From Squalus acanthias (taxonomy: Eukaryota): a DNA stretch of 64,000 bases. The notes below the pieces were generated by a model that was not told the origin of the DNA, made no database searches, and saw nothing but the letters and a program-made list of their open reading frames with translations. The stretch covers positions 2,914,001 to 2,978,000 of the forward strand of contig CM059433.1 in the NCBI GenBank assembly GCA_030390025.1, given 5' to 3'. The translations under genes were made by a program, and so were the position numbers. This document shows, piece after piece, positions 10,910 through 22,744 of the stretch (its first letter is position 1; each line of letters starts with the position of its first letter).

Positions 10910-13003
10910 TGGGGGGCGTGGAGGTGGGGGTGTATGTGGGGGGAGGTGGGGAGTGTGTGTGGGGGGAGTGTGTGGGGGGAGGTGGGGGGAGTGTGTGGGG
11001 GGTGGGGGGAGTGTGTGGGGGAGGTGGGGGGAGTGTGTGGGGGAGGAGTGTGTGTGTGTGGGGGGAGACTGTGGGGGGAGGTGGGGGGTGTATGTGGGGG
11101 GAGGTGGGGGGTGTGTGTGGGGGGAGGTGGGGGGAGTGTGTGGGGGGGTGGGGGGAGTGTGTGTGGGGGGTGGGGGGTGTATGTGGGGGGTCGGGGGTGT
11201 GTGTGGTGGGAGGTGGGGGTGTGTGTGGGGGTGGGGGGAGTGTGTGGGGGGAGGTGGGGGGGTGTGGGGGGAGGTGGGGGGAGTGTGTGGGGGGAGGTGG
11301 GGGGAATGTGTGGGGGGAGGTGGGGGGAGTGTGTGGGGGGGTGGGGGTGTGTGTGTGGGGGGAGGTGGTGTGTGTGTGTGGGGGGAGGTGGGGGGAGTGT
11401 GTGGGGGGGTGGGGGTGTGTGTGGGGGGAGGTGGGGTGTGTGTGTGGGGGGGGTGGGGGAGTGTGTGGGGGTGGGGGAGTGTGTGGGGGGGGGGGGAGTG
11501 TGTGGGGGTGGGGAGTGTGTGTGGGGGGAGGTGGGGGTGTGTGTGGGGGGGTGGGGGTGTGTGTGGGGGTGGGGGTGTGTGGGGTGAGGTGGGGGGAGTG
11601 TGTGGGGGTTGGGGAGTGTGTGTGAGGGGAGGTGGGGGTGTGTGTGGGGGGAGGTGGGGGTGTGTGTGGGGGGGTGGGGGTGTGTGGGGGGAGGTGGGGG
11701 GAGTGTGTGGGGGTTGGGGAGTGTGTGTGGGGGGAGGTGGGGGTGTGTGTGGGGGGAGGTGGGGGGAGTGTGTGGGGGGGGGGGTGTGGGGGGAGGTGGG
11801 GGTGTGTGGGGTGAGGTGGGGGGAGTGTGTGGGGGGTGGGGTGTGTGTGTGGGGGGAGGTGGGGGTGTGTGTGGGGGGAGGTGGGGGGAGTGTGTGGGGG
11901 GTGGGGTGTGTGTGTGGGGGGAGGTGGGGGTGTGTGTGGGGGGAGGTGGGGGGAGTGTGTGGGGGGTGGGGTGTGTGTGTGGGGGGAGGTGGGGGGAGTG
12001 TGTGGGGGGAGGTGGGGGGAGTATGTGGGGGGAGGTGGGGGTGTGTGTGGGGGGCTGGGGGGAGTGTGTGGGGGGGGTGGGGGTGTGTGTGGGGGGAGGT
12101 GGGGGGAGTGTGTGGGGTGTGGGGGGAGTGTGTGGGGGGGTGGGTATTGTGTGGGGGGGAGGTGGGGGGAGCGTGTGGGGGGGGTGGGGGGCGGTGTGTG
12201 GGGAGGTGGGGGTGCGTGTGGGCGGGTGGGGGGGGGTGTGGGGAGGTGGGGGGAGTGTTTGGGGGGGGTGGGGGGAGTGTGTGGGGGGGTGGGTATTGTG
12301 TGTGGGGGTGGGTGGGGTGTGTGGGGAGGTGGGGGGAGTGTGTGGGGGGGGTGGGGGGAGTGTGTGGGGGGGTGGGTATTGTGTGTGGGGGTGGGTGGGG
12401 TGTGTGGGGAGGTGGGGGGAGTATGTGGTGGGAGGTGGGGGTGTGTGTGGGGGGAGTTGGGGGGGTGTGTGGGGGGTGGTGGGGGGAGTGTGTGGGGGGA
12501 GGTGGGGGGGGTGTGGGGGGAGGTGGGGGGTGTGTGTGGGGGGAGGTGGGGGTGTGTGTGGGGGGAGGTGGGGGGTGTGTGGGGGGAGGTGGGGGGAGTG
12601 TGTGGGGGGAGGTGGGGGGAGTGTGTGGGGGGAGTGTGTGGGGGGAGGTGGGGGGGGGGGGTGTGGGGGGAGGTGGGGGGAGTGTGTGGGGGGAGGTGGG
12701 AGGAGTGTGTGGGGGTTGGGGGGTGTGTGTGGGGGGAGGTGGGGGGTGTGTGTGGGGGTTGGGGGGTGTGTGTGGGGGGAGGTGGGGGGTGTGTGTGGGG
12801 GGAGGTGGGGGGTGTGTGTGGGGGTTGGGGGGAGTGTGTGGGGGGGAGGTGGGGGGAGTATGTGGGGGGAGGTGGGGGTGTGTGTGGGGGGAGGTGGGGG
12901 GAGTGTGTGGGGGGAGGTGGGGGGTGTGTGTGGGGGGAGGTGGGGGGGGTGTGTGGGGGGGTGGGGGGAGTGTGTGGGTGGAGTTGGAGGGAGTGTGTGC
13001 GGG
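10910..13003 (+). repeat. G-rich low-complexity minisatellite, units like GGGGGGAGGTGGGGGGAGTGTGT
   Basis: About 2.1 kb of G runs separated by AGGT, AGTGTGT or TGTGT. Confidence 0.95.
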
Positions 13004-13893
13004 GCAGATGGAGGAGACAACAGCAAGATAAAGGCCAACAGTCAGGCATGTTAACTGCTATTATGAAGAGACACTTTTAATGGGCTTAATAGCTCGTGGC
13101 AGACGATTTCACAGACTGTTAAACCCATTCACTGCCTCTTTGTAATAGCAGTTAACATATCGGACTCTTGCACCTGGATTATCCGCCAGAGTTCTTCCAA
13201 TCTCCAGCCATAATTTAGGTGGAAACTCCGGAGAAATGTAGTAAACAGCCCTGGAAATTCATCCCCTTGGCCGTTACCTGTTGGTCTTCGCTCCCTCCCT
13301 ACACCCTTGTTTTGTTCAGTTCTACAATGGGAATCACTTCTCTACCAGTTTCCAGTTCTGATAAAGAACTTACAATTGGTGCATCTGTCTCTTTCTTTCT
13401 AGATTCTGATGGACCGGCTGTGTTTTGCCAGAATTTTCTGCATAAGGTTTCCAGCAATTGAAGATTTTAGATCTCCAGGGTTCTCCCGGTTTCCAGCACA
13501 TTCTGTTTATGTCCCAGCAGAAGTGGCGTGGCTCGAATTCACCTTCATCACGCCATCCTGTCTCCTGTGGACACTCCACGCGATCTCTAGCTCGCCCCCT
13601 CAGATACCTGCTGATCTTGATCCCAGAGCTAATTAAATACATGTGCCTAGAAATGAGATGTAAAGTCTCAAAATCCTTGAGAATCACCAACTCAAAGATA
13701 TCCCGAGGACGCTGAGATGTTTGTTAAAGAAGTATTGACACCAAATGGAACCCTTCTTTTTTGACAAATGTGCCACTCAGATTGCTTATGGTTATGTAAG
13801 AACTTTTCTTTGAGGTAAGAAAAGTGTTGGCACCCCATCAGGCAGATGCCTTTAGACACTCTTAGATTTTAGTCTCTCTCTCTTTGTCTCTTA

Positions 13894-15135
13894 GAATCAT
13901 AGAATGATACAGCACAGAGGAGGCCATTTGGCCCATTTTTCCTGTGCCAGCTCTTTAGTAGAGCTAGTCAATTAGTCCCAGTCCCTTGCTCTTTCCCCAT
14001 AACCATATATTTTTTTTTCTTCAAGTATTTATCCAATTCTCTTTAGAAGCTGCTTCCACTGCCCTTTCAGGCAGCTCATTCCAGATCACAACAACTCGCT
14101 GTGTAAAAAAATGTTTTCCTCATCTCCCCTCTGGTTCTTTTGCCAATCACCTTAAATCTGTGTCCTCTGGTTACCGACCCTTCTGCCACTGGAAACCACT
14201 TCTCCTTATTTACTCTATCTAAAAAATTCATGATTTTGAACACCTCTATCAAATCTCCTCTTAACCTTCTCTGCTCTAAGGAGAACAATCCCAGCTTCTC
14301 CACATAACTGAAGTCCCTCATCCCTGGCACCATTCTAGTAAATCTCCTCTGCACCCTCTCCAAAGCCTTGACATCCCTCCTAAAGTGTGGTGCCCAGAAT
14401 TGAATACAATACTCCAGCTGAGGCCGACCCAGTGTTTTATAAAGGCTCATCATAACTTCCTTGCTTTTGGACTCTATTCCTCTGTTAATAAAGCCAAGGA
14501 TCCCGTGTGCCTTTTTAACAACCTTCTCAACTATTCCTGCCACCTTCAGAGATTTCCGTACACCCCCAGGTCTCTCTGTTCCTGCACCCACTTTAAAATT
14601 GTACCTTTTTTGTAATTAATCATTCATTCACAGGATGTGGACTTCACTGGCAAGGCCAGCATTTATTGCCCATCCCTAACTGAGAAGGTGCTGGTGAGCC
14701 GCCTTCAATTAAATACAACTGAGTGGCTTGTTAGGCCATTTCAGGGGGGCAGTTAAGAGTCAACCACTTTGCTGTGGGTGGGATTTGTCTCTGAATCATT
14801 AGTCCAGGCTCTGGATTACTAGTCCAGTAACATAACCACTATGCTACCGTTCCCCTAAGTTAGTTCATATTGCCTCTCTCATTCTTCCTACCAAAATGAA
14901 TCACTTCACACTTCTCTGTGTTAAATTTCTTCTGCCATGTGTCTGCCCATTTCACCAGTATGTCTATGTCATCCTGAAGTCTGTTACTATCCTCCTCACT
15001 GTTTACTACATTTCAGAGTTTCATATCATCTGCAAACTGTGAAATTATTCCCTGTATACCCAAGTCCAGGTTATTAATAAATATCAAAAAGAGCAGTGGT
15101 CCTAATATCAACTGCTGGGAACACAACGGTGCACT
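13894..15135 (-). mobile_element. Older CR1 fragment interrupted by a SINE
   Basis: ORF 14076-14591 (RPQLEYCIQFWAP, LRGDLIEVFK). RT homology resumes at about 14865-15135. AGAATCATAGAAT tail at the left end. Confidence 0.85.
14620..14855 (-). mobile_element. tRNA-headed SINE with LINE-derived tail
   Basis: Minus-strand head GGTAGCATAGTGGTTATG (A-box-like). The 3' tail matches the 3' end of the LINE at 50490-51220. Confidence 0.6.
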
Positions 15136-15136
15136 T

Positions 15137-16925
15137 CATAAGACCATAAGAAATAGGAGCAGGAATAGGCCACTTGGCCCCTCGAGCCTGCTCCGCCATT
15201 CAATAAGATCATGGCTGATCTTGGGCTCAAAGCCACTTCCCAGCCCGCTCCCCATAACCCTTCACTCCCTTATCTTGCAAAAATTTGTCTATCTCCACTT
15301 TAAATGTGTTTAATGACCCAACCTCCACAGCTCTCTCAGGCAGAGAATTCCACAAATGTACGACCCTCTGAGAGAAGAAATTCCTCCTCATCTCAGTTCT
15401 AAAAGGGCGACCCTTTATTCTGAGACTGTGCCCCCGAGTTCTAGATTCCCCCACGAGGGGAAACATCCTCTCTACATCTACCTTGTCGAGGCCTCTCAGT
15501 ATCTTATATGTTTCAATAAGATCACCTCTCATTCTTCTAAAATCCAATGAGTATAGGCCCAACCTGCTCAACCTTTCTTCATAAGTCAAACCCCTCATCT
15601 CTGGAATTAACCTAGTGAATCATCTCTGAACTGCCTCCAATGCAAGTATATCCTTCCTTAAATAAGGAGACCAAAACTGTACGCAGTACTCAAGGTGTGG
15701 TCTCACCAATACCTTGTACAGTTGTAGCAGGACTTCCCTGCTTTTATACTCCAACCCCCTTGCAATAAAGGCCAACATTCCATTTGCCTTTTTGATTACT
15801 TGCTGTACCTGCCTGCTAACATTTTGTGTTTCATGCACAAGGACCCCCAGGTCCCTCTGAGCTGTAGCATTTTGTAATCTCTTTCCATTTAAATAATAGT
15901 TTGCCTTTTTATTTTTCCTGCCAAAGTGGACAACCTCGCACTTTCCCACATTATACTCCATCTGCCAAATATTTGCCCACTCACCTAGCCTGTCTATATC
16001 CCTTTGCAGATTCTTTGAGTCCTCTGCACAACTTGCTTTCCCACCCATCTTTGTATCATCCACAAACTTGGCTACATTACACTCGGTCCCTTCATCCAAG
16101 TCATTAATGTAGATTGTAAATAGTTGGGGCCCCAGCACCGATCCTTGGGGCACCCCACTAGTTGCCATTTGCTAACAAGAAAATGACCCATTTATCTCGA
16201 CTCTCTGCTTTCTGTTAGTTAACCAAATCTCTATCCATGCTAATATATACCCCCAACTCCATGAGCTCTTATCTTATATAATAAACGTTTATGTGGCACC
16301 TTATCGAATGCCTTCTGGAAATCCAAATACACCACTTCCACTGGCTCACCCTTGTCCACCCTGCTTGTTATATCCTCAAAGAACTCATGCAAATTTGTTA
16401 AGCATGATTTCCCTTTCCTAAAACCATGCTGACTCTGTTTGACTGCAGTATGTTTTTCTAAATGCCCTGCTACTGCTTCCTTAATGAAGGACTCCAGCAT
16501 TTTCCCAATGACAGACGTTAGGCTAACTGGTCTATAGTTTCCTGCTTTCTGTCTCCCTCCTTTCTTAAATAGGGGTTTTACATTTGCAGTTTTCCAATCC
16601 GCTGGGACCTCTCCAGAGTCCAGGGAATTTTGGTATATTGCAATCAATGCATCCACTATCTCTGCAGCCACTTCTTTTAAGACCCTGGGATGCAGGCCAT
16701 CTGGTCCAGGGGACTTGTCGTGTTTTAGTCCCATTATTTTACTGAGTACTATTTCCTTAGTGATAGTAATTGTCTTTAGTTCCCCACTCCCTGTGGCCGC
16801 TTGATTATCCATTATTGGGATGTTGTTAGTGTCTTCTACAGTGAAGACAGATGCAAAATATTTGTTCAGAGTCTCTGCCATTTCCCCTTCCCCATTATTA
16901 ATTCCCCGGTCTCATCCTCTAAGCG
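15137..16925 (-). mobile_element. CR1 LINE, 5'-truncated (RT, frameshifted)
   Basis: PGPDGLHP, NYRPVSLTS, YLDFQKAFDKVPH, SGVPQGSVLGP, KFVDDTK. CATAAGA tail repeats at the left end. Confidence 0.95.
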
Positions 16926-16929
16926 ACTA

Positions 16930-17833
16930 AGCCTCAGCTCAGGACCAGGACGTCTCTCTCAGTGGCAGTGAAGGTCACAGTCGCTCTCAATTTCTACGCC
17001 AGTGGCTCCTTCCAAGCTTCAACAGGGGATATTGCAAACATTTCACAGTTCCCCATCCATTGCTGCATCCGGAAGGTGACGGATGCTCTGTACAGAAGGA
17101 GAAGAGAGTACATCTCATTCCCCATCACCAGAGAGAAGCAGCATGAATGCTCATGTGACTTTGTAAGAATAGTGGGCTTCCCCATGATTCAGGGCGCCAT
17201 TGACTGCACCCACGTGGCATTGTGGGCACCTCATCACAGTACAGAGGTGTTCCACAACTGCAAAGGCTACCACTCTCTGAACGTGCAGTTGGTGTGCAAC
17301 CACAGACAGCACATCCTCGCCGTCAATGCCCGCTATCCTGGCAGCAGCCACGATGCATTCATCCTGCGACAGACCCACCACATGAAGCTCGCGACTGGCT
17401 GCTCGGAGACAGGGTTATCCACTCGCCACCTGGCTGATGACACCCCTCCGCAACCTCAACACTCCTGCTCAGCACACATACAAGGAGAGCCATAGCCCCA
17501 CCAGGAACCAGATTGAACAGACTATCGGCGTGCTAAAGCAATGGTTCCGCTGCCTTGACCGCTCAGGAGGAGCACTGCAGTACTTCCCTGATCGAGTGTC
17601 CCTTTTCATTGTTGTGCTGCATGCTGCACAACTTGGCCATTCTGAGGGCCCAGCCATTGCCACCATGGATTGCAGGTCCACCGCCTGAGGAGGAAGAGGG
17701 AGAGGAGGAGGAGGAGGAGGGGGGGGAAGAGGATGAAGAGGAGGAGGAGCAGCACCAACGTACGAGGGAGCCACTCAATGTTGCTTCTGCAAAGACCGTT
17801 GGTGAGCGCCTCATTACACAGCGCTTCCAATAA
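16930..17833 (+). pseudogene. Harbinger (HARBI1-like) DDE transposase, frameshifted
   Basis: GAIDCTHV, KGYHSLNVQLVC, PGSSHDAFI, WLLGD, IEQTIGVLKQWFRCLD, CCMLHN motifs and an acidic tail. Confidence 0.9.
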
Positions 17834-18140
17834 ATGAGAGAGCACATGGCTTTTACACAGAACAACCACATCATTACAGCCAGCTCACAGCCCCCATCAC
17901 CGTGCAAAGCTCAAATGACAAAGATCACAAAATGTGCTACGTCGAAATAAACATTTATTATTCTGCACAACTCTCTCTTATCAAACACAACCAATAATAA
18001 ACAAACACAACAATTTATGATCAAACACAACTGGTTCTTAGCAAACGGAACTATTTCTTACCAAACTGAACAATATACAGTATTTACAAACTCATCAACT
18101 TTTGTACAAACGCTCCCCCCATTTGCTATTAACATTTTAT

Positions 18141-20023
18141 TTACTGCGCCTTCCTCAATGATTTCCCTCCCCTTTGCAATTCCCCAGTCCCAACCCTACT
18201 GCTCCTCCGTAATGTGGCCCCAGTGGCTGCAGTAAGGCTGGCAGAGGGCTGCTGAGTCTGGGAGCCAGAGACTGGAGATGGCCTTGCAGACCACCCTAGA
18301 CCAGCTCTGGGCCTGGAGGGCCCGGCTGCAGACTGAACCAACTCAGCATGGGCGGCAGCAGTCTGGGCTGGCTGGGTTACAGGCTGTGACAAGTGCAATG
18401 GCGGAGTGGCAGTGGTGGGAGCAGGAATGCTGTCATCCTGAGAGAGGACAGCACCTTCCTGCTCGACCGACACACTGCCACTCCCCCGGGGCAGAACCTC
18501 AGAATCCGGAGCAATCTGCTCGAGCACAGATTGCTGGCCTGCTGCGGCACCGTGAAATCCCCGGTGGACTGTGGGCGACCCAGCAACGATGGCAGCAGTC
18601 AGCGCTGGTGTGGCATCAATCTGAGATTGCATGAAAGCAGTCTGAGATTGGATGCCACCAAACACTGACTCCATCACAGCACTAAACCGTTGCATTGCCA
18701 TGGCCTGTGCTGCAATAGCTGCTGCCACCTCACCCATGACACTTGGCATGAGGTCTGGGTCCCCACGGTCTCTCTGCGAGGCAACCATCCTCTGCAAAGT
18801 GCCAAGGATGGGCTTGATGGTTTGCACAGAGATGAGAGCAATGCTGGAGGCGGACTCCTCCACGCTCCTAGCCAGTGCATCCATGCTCTCGGGCACCCTT
18901 GCCATTGCACCCATGAGCTCGGTGTGCATGCTCATCGCCTGTGTGGTCATCGCCTCGAAATCGAGGTCCTCATCTGAGTCCTGTGCAGCAGAACACGTGC
19001 GTGCACTGACCCTGGGAGATGGCCTCCGAGCTTCCCTTTCCCCATGGCGTTGCTGCAGCCCACTGTGTCCCGGAGCTTCACCCACATCAGACCCATTTCC
19101 TCTGCTCCCCTCCAGCGACCACCTGGCCCCATTATCCGATGTCTCGCCCTCGGGAGACACAGGCAGTGAGGCTCCGGCTTGGTGTTCCTCCTCCTCTCCC
19201 GCGTCGCTGCCACTGGGAGGCTGAGGGACAGGCTGGTCAGATGGTGGCTGATTAACTGAAAGCAGGAAGGCACAAGAATGGATTTAACGTCAGGGGAGGG
19301 GGGTAGGAAAGGAGCGAGGAATGGAGACAGTATACTTCGATGGAAAGTGAGAAGTGTTTGTGTTGTGAGGGGAAGTGGTATGAGAGAAGAGGGAGAGGTG
19401 ATGAACATACTGTTGTTGTCCCCAAGGGGGGTCGACCTCTCCGACTGCCACAGCACCCACGACCTGGGCCATGATGTTGCTACGCACTCGCTCCTCCAGC
19501 TGTGCAAGGGGTTGCAGTTCCGTCTGACCTCTTCCTGTGCATTGCTGCTCCCTCCTGTTATGAGCAAGCTTGGCCAGCAAGAAAGAGGGCAGCGTGTGAG
19601 TGAGTGAGCAGCCATGTGTTTGGCAGATGTGCCTACCATAGTCGAATAGCTGTTAATGTATGCTAGGTGTGAGATGTGGATGTGACTTTTAGCCGATGGG
19701 CATAGTTGGTGGGTGAGTGTTGGGGATTTGATGTATTACACCGTCTGTGCACAGAGTGAGGTTGAGATGGTGGGATGTCGAGGTTTTTGAAGCATGTACT
19801 CACCCTGGCCACCCGAGTGAGGTAACTGAGTCCTGTGGACCACCCCTCTGGTGGAGATGTACTGGGCCACCTCCCTCCACATCCTTCTGAACTCCTGCGG
19901 CAATGGCCTCTTGCCAGTGTCTGGAAACAGTGCTGCCCGTCGGTGTTCCACGGCCGCGACCAGAGCCTCCAATGTTTGGCCGCTGAACCGGCGAGCTCTC
20001 TCCCTGGGCCTCTGATCAGCCAT
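18141..20023 (-). pseudogene. Harbinger Myb/SANT-like DNA-binding gene, 3 exons (about 20023-19804, 19574-19411, 19255-18141), disrupted
   Basis: MADQRPRERARRFSGQTLEALV...WREVA N-terminus, GTGAGT and GTATGT donors, AKLAHNRREQQCTG exon 2. The exon 2 acceptor is mutated to TG. Confidence 0.78.
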
Positions 20024-20223
20024 GAGATCTGTGGTTGATGGATTGCAGCTCCTTGCTGACCCAGGTCACAAGCAGCAATGATCAGGGTGAGGCTGTGCAG
20101 CATGATTCAACCTCCCCTTTAAGAACTGGAAGGCGCCAGTCTGTCTGAGGACTTGTAATTGACAGCGCCGGAGCTTGAGTTGCGCTCTGCGGTAGCGCCT
20201 CGCTCCCCGACGTTAGCGCCCTC

Positions 20224-20849
20224 GGGGAAAAAATTGGGTGGCGCCCCTTTTGGGGAGCTAACATCGCCGGGGCGCTAACCCCCTCCCCCCCGCCCGCCGT
20301 AAATTCAGTAGTAGTTGCCCCAAGCAGGAGGTGGAGCGCTACGACTGAATTTCATGGCGCGATGTGCAGCAGTTTTACACACGTCGGCACGTAGCGCCGC
20401 GGTATTACAGGCCTCCCTCCCCTGATTAAAGGGGAGGGGCCTAGTGCAGCGCACACCGGGGCCCTGCCGGTTCACCCGGGAGCGGGGTGCCAGGAAAACA
20501 GCCCAGCACTCAAGAGGAATGATCGCGGCTGGCACCCCGCATACAAAAGCGAAAGGGGGCAGGTGCTGGCAGTCGGCTAAAATAAAAATGTCCGCCGACA
20601 CCTGCCCCTTTAACTTGCGCCGCCGCCGCTGTCAAACCGCCCCCTGACCCTATCGCACACCTCATCCGGCGATAGGTCAGGGGGCGCAAGGGAAGTTTGC
20701 GGCACAGGGTGCTACTGGCTACCGCTGCCACTAACCTGCCGCTGAATTTTGTGGGAGGCGTTAGCGACGCTGCACCCGGGCGCTAGGGGATTTGCGCTAA
20801 CCGAGGCGCTAACGACAGGCGCAAACCAACCCAACCCAAATTTTTCCCC
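20224..20849. mobile_element. Harbinger-type MITE nested in the family A terminus
   Basis: GGGGAAAAAATTGGG / CCCAAATTTTTCCCC TIRs. Absent from the homologous end at 39040-39055; related to 27672-28266. Confidence 0.72.
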
Positions 20850-21082
20850 CTAAGAGAAGTATGTAGCATTTGATTTAGCGCTCCACTTCCCTCTTGGGGC
20901 GCAAAAACTGAATATCACGGTCGCCAACGCTAATTAGCACCGGGCGCTAAAGTTTGCGCCCGAGTGATGTTAGCGCCCCAAAATGGCTGACACCGAATTT
21001 TCCCCAATATTTTTGTTGTAAAGATGTGTTCACTGATTTTTGATAAATTTTTTATTCAGTTTAAATTCTTTTGTGGTGTGTC

Positions 21083-22303
21083 TCATTTCAGCTTTGCGCT
21101 GTGATATAACCTGCGACAGGACTGGAATGATGGGGATGTGGTGAGCAACGGGGATCTGGGGTTTAATTCATTCAAAGCGCAGTCTGATGAGGTGATCACA
21201 GACCGCCCTTCCAGAAGGTCGATTGAGTGGCTGCCTCCTCCCTCCCTCCTCTCCCTCTTCCTCCTCCTGAGGTGGTCCCACAATCCCTGCTGGCAAGGGC
21301 TGGGCCCGCATGATGGCGAAATTGTGGAGCATGCAGCAGACCACCACCGCTCATCCGAGTACTGGAGGGCTCCTCCCGAGCGGTCAAGGCAGCGGAACCG
21401 TTGCTTCAATAAGCCGATGGTCTGCTCGATGATGTTCCTGATGGCAGCATGGCTCTCATTATATGAGTGCTGGGCAGGAGTGTTGGGGTTGCAGAGGGGA
21501 GTCATGCACCAGGTGGAGAGCAGATAGCCCTTGTCTCCGAGCAGCCACCCTCGAGCTTGATGTGGTTGCTGGAAGATTGCTGGCACACTGGTCTGGCGCA
21601 GGATGAAGGCATCGTGGCTGCTGCCAGGATAGTGGGCATTGACATTGAGGATTCGCTGTTTGTGGTTGCACACCAACTGGACATTAAGTGAATGGTAGCC
21701 TTTGTGGTTACAAAAAATCCCAGGATTGTTATGCGGCACCCGCAAAGCCACATGGGTTCAGTCAATGGCACCCTGCACCATGGGGAATCCCGCTGTCCTG
21801 ACAAAGCCACATGCATGCTCGTCCTACTTGCCTCTGGTGATGGGGAAGGAAATATAATCCTTTCTCCTACTGTAGAGAACCTCTGTGACTTCCTGGATGC
21901 AGCGATGGATGGCGAGCTGTGAGTCGTCAGCCATGTCTCCTGTTGCAGACTGGAAGGATCCACTGGTGAAGAAATTGAGGGCGATGGTGACCTTGACTGC
22001 CACTGAGAGAGCCATGGTCGCCCTGATCTGAGGCTGGAGGTCTGGTTGCAGGAGGTGACAGAGTTCTGTAACCACCTCCTTGGTGAAGCCGAGCCTTCCA
22101 ATACACTGCTCCTCGCTTAATTGGAGGTAGGAGAAGTGATGTCGGAATACCCTCAGAGGGTAAAGCCTCCTGTTGAAAGCCCTGATGGCCCTCCTCCTCC
22201 CTCTGGCCACATGTTCCAGTCTTTCTCGCTGCCTCTGCTCCCTTTGCCATAGATCCTGGAGGGCCAGGTCGACTGCCCGTACAGCCCCCATTAATGTAAC
22301 CAA
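21083..22303 (-). pseudogene. Harbinger DDE transposase, frameshifted (element extends to about 22690)
   Basis: LSEEQCIGRLGFTK, ALNFFTSGSFQ, KGYHSLNVQLVC, YPGSSHDAFI, WLLGDKGY, IEQTIGLLKQRFRCLD. Confidence 0.9.
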
Positions 22304-22744
22304 GTGTAGCAGTTCGATTTAAAAAAAAATGTAGCTACTTTTTAGTTGCCACAACACTCCTGCTACAAAAGAACCTTGTAATTACTGAATTAAACTGTTG
22401 GACTATGTGAAACTGACAAGAAACCATTGAAACTCCACTAACCTGACAGCTGCAAGTCATTACTGATGATCCTTCTAACTAACATCCCTGGAGCCAGCTT
22501 CCTGGTGCTTCACACCAGCTCTCCCTGTCACGAAGCACCTGGTGTTGAGGCTCCCGGTGATAACTGTTACCGGCGGCGCTACCGGGGGCAGGCAGGGGGG
22601 GTGGTATTTGGCATATGGCGCTAGATTCGCCTGGATTCGCCTTGGCGATAATGCTCTAGCGCCCCGTTAGCACCATCCCCCATAGTTCCCTAAACAATGT
22701 GAGAAATAAACTAGGAGAAAAAATGCGATCAAAGCCATATTCAT

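Larger units (their letters stand above)
16926..21005. mobile_element. PIF/Harbinger DNA transposon family A, copy 1 (left end lost)
   Basis: Convergent transposase (+) and Myb/SANT-like gene (-). Right TIR CCGAATTTTCCCC ends at 21005. Confidence 0.88.

Noticed and set aside
10825..13080. Long Pro/His/Thr-rich and Gly/Val/Cys/Trp-rich ORFs (up to 737 aa) in several frames
   Set aside because: Artefact of a stop-free low-complexity G-rich repeat.
16962..17833. Host HARBI1 gene
   Set aside because: Multiple frameshifted copies with TIRs and partner Myb genes indicate transposons, not the domesticated gene.
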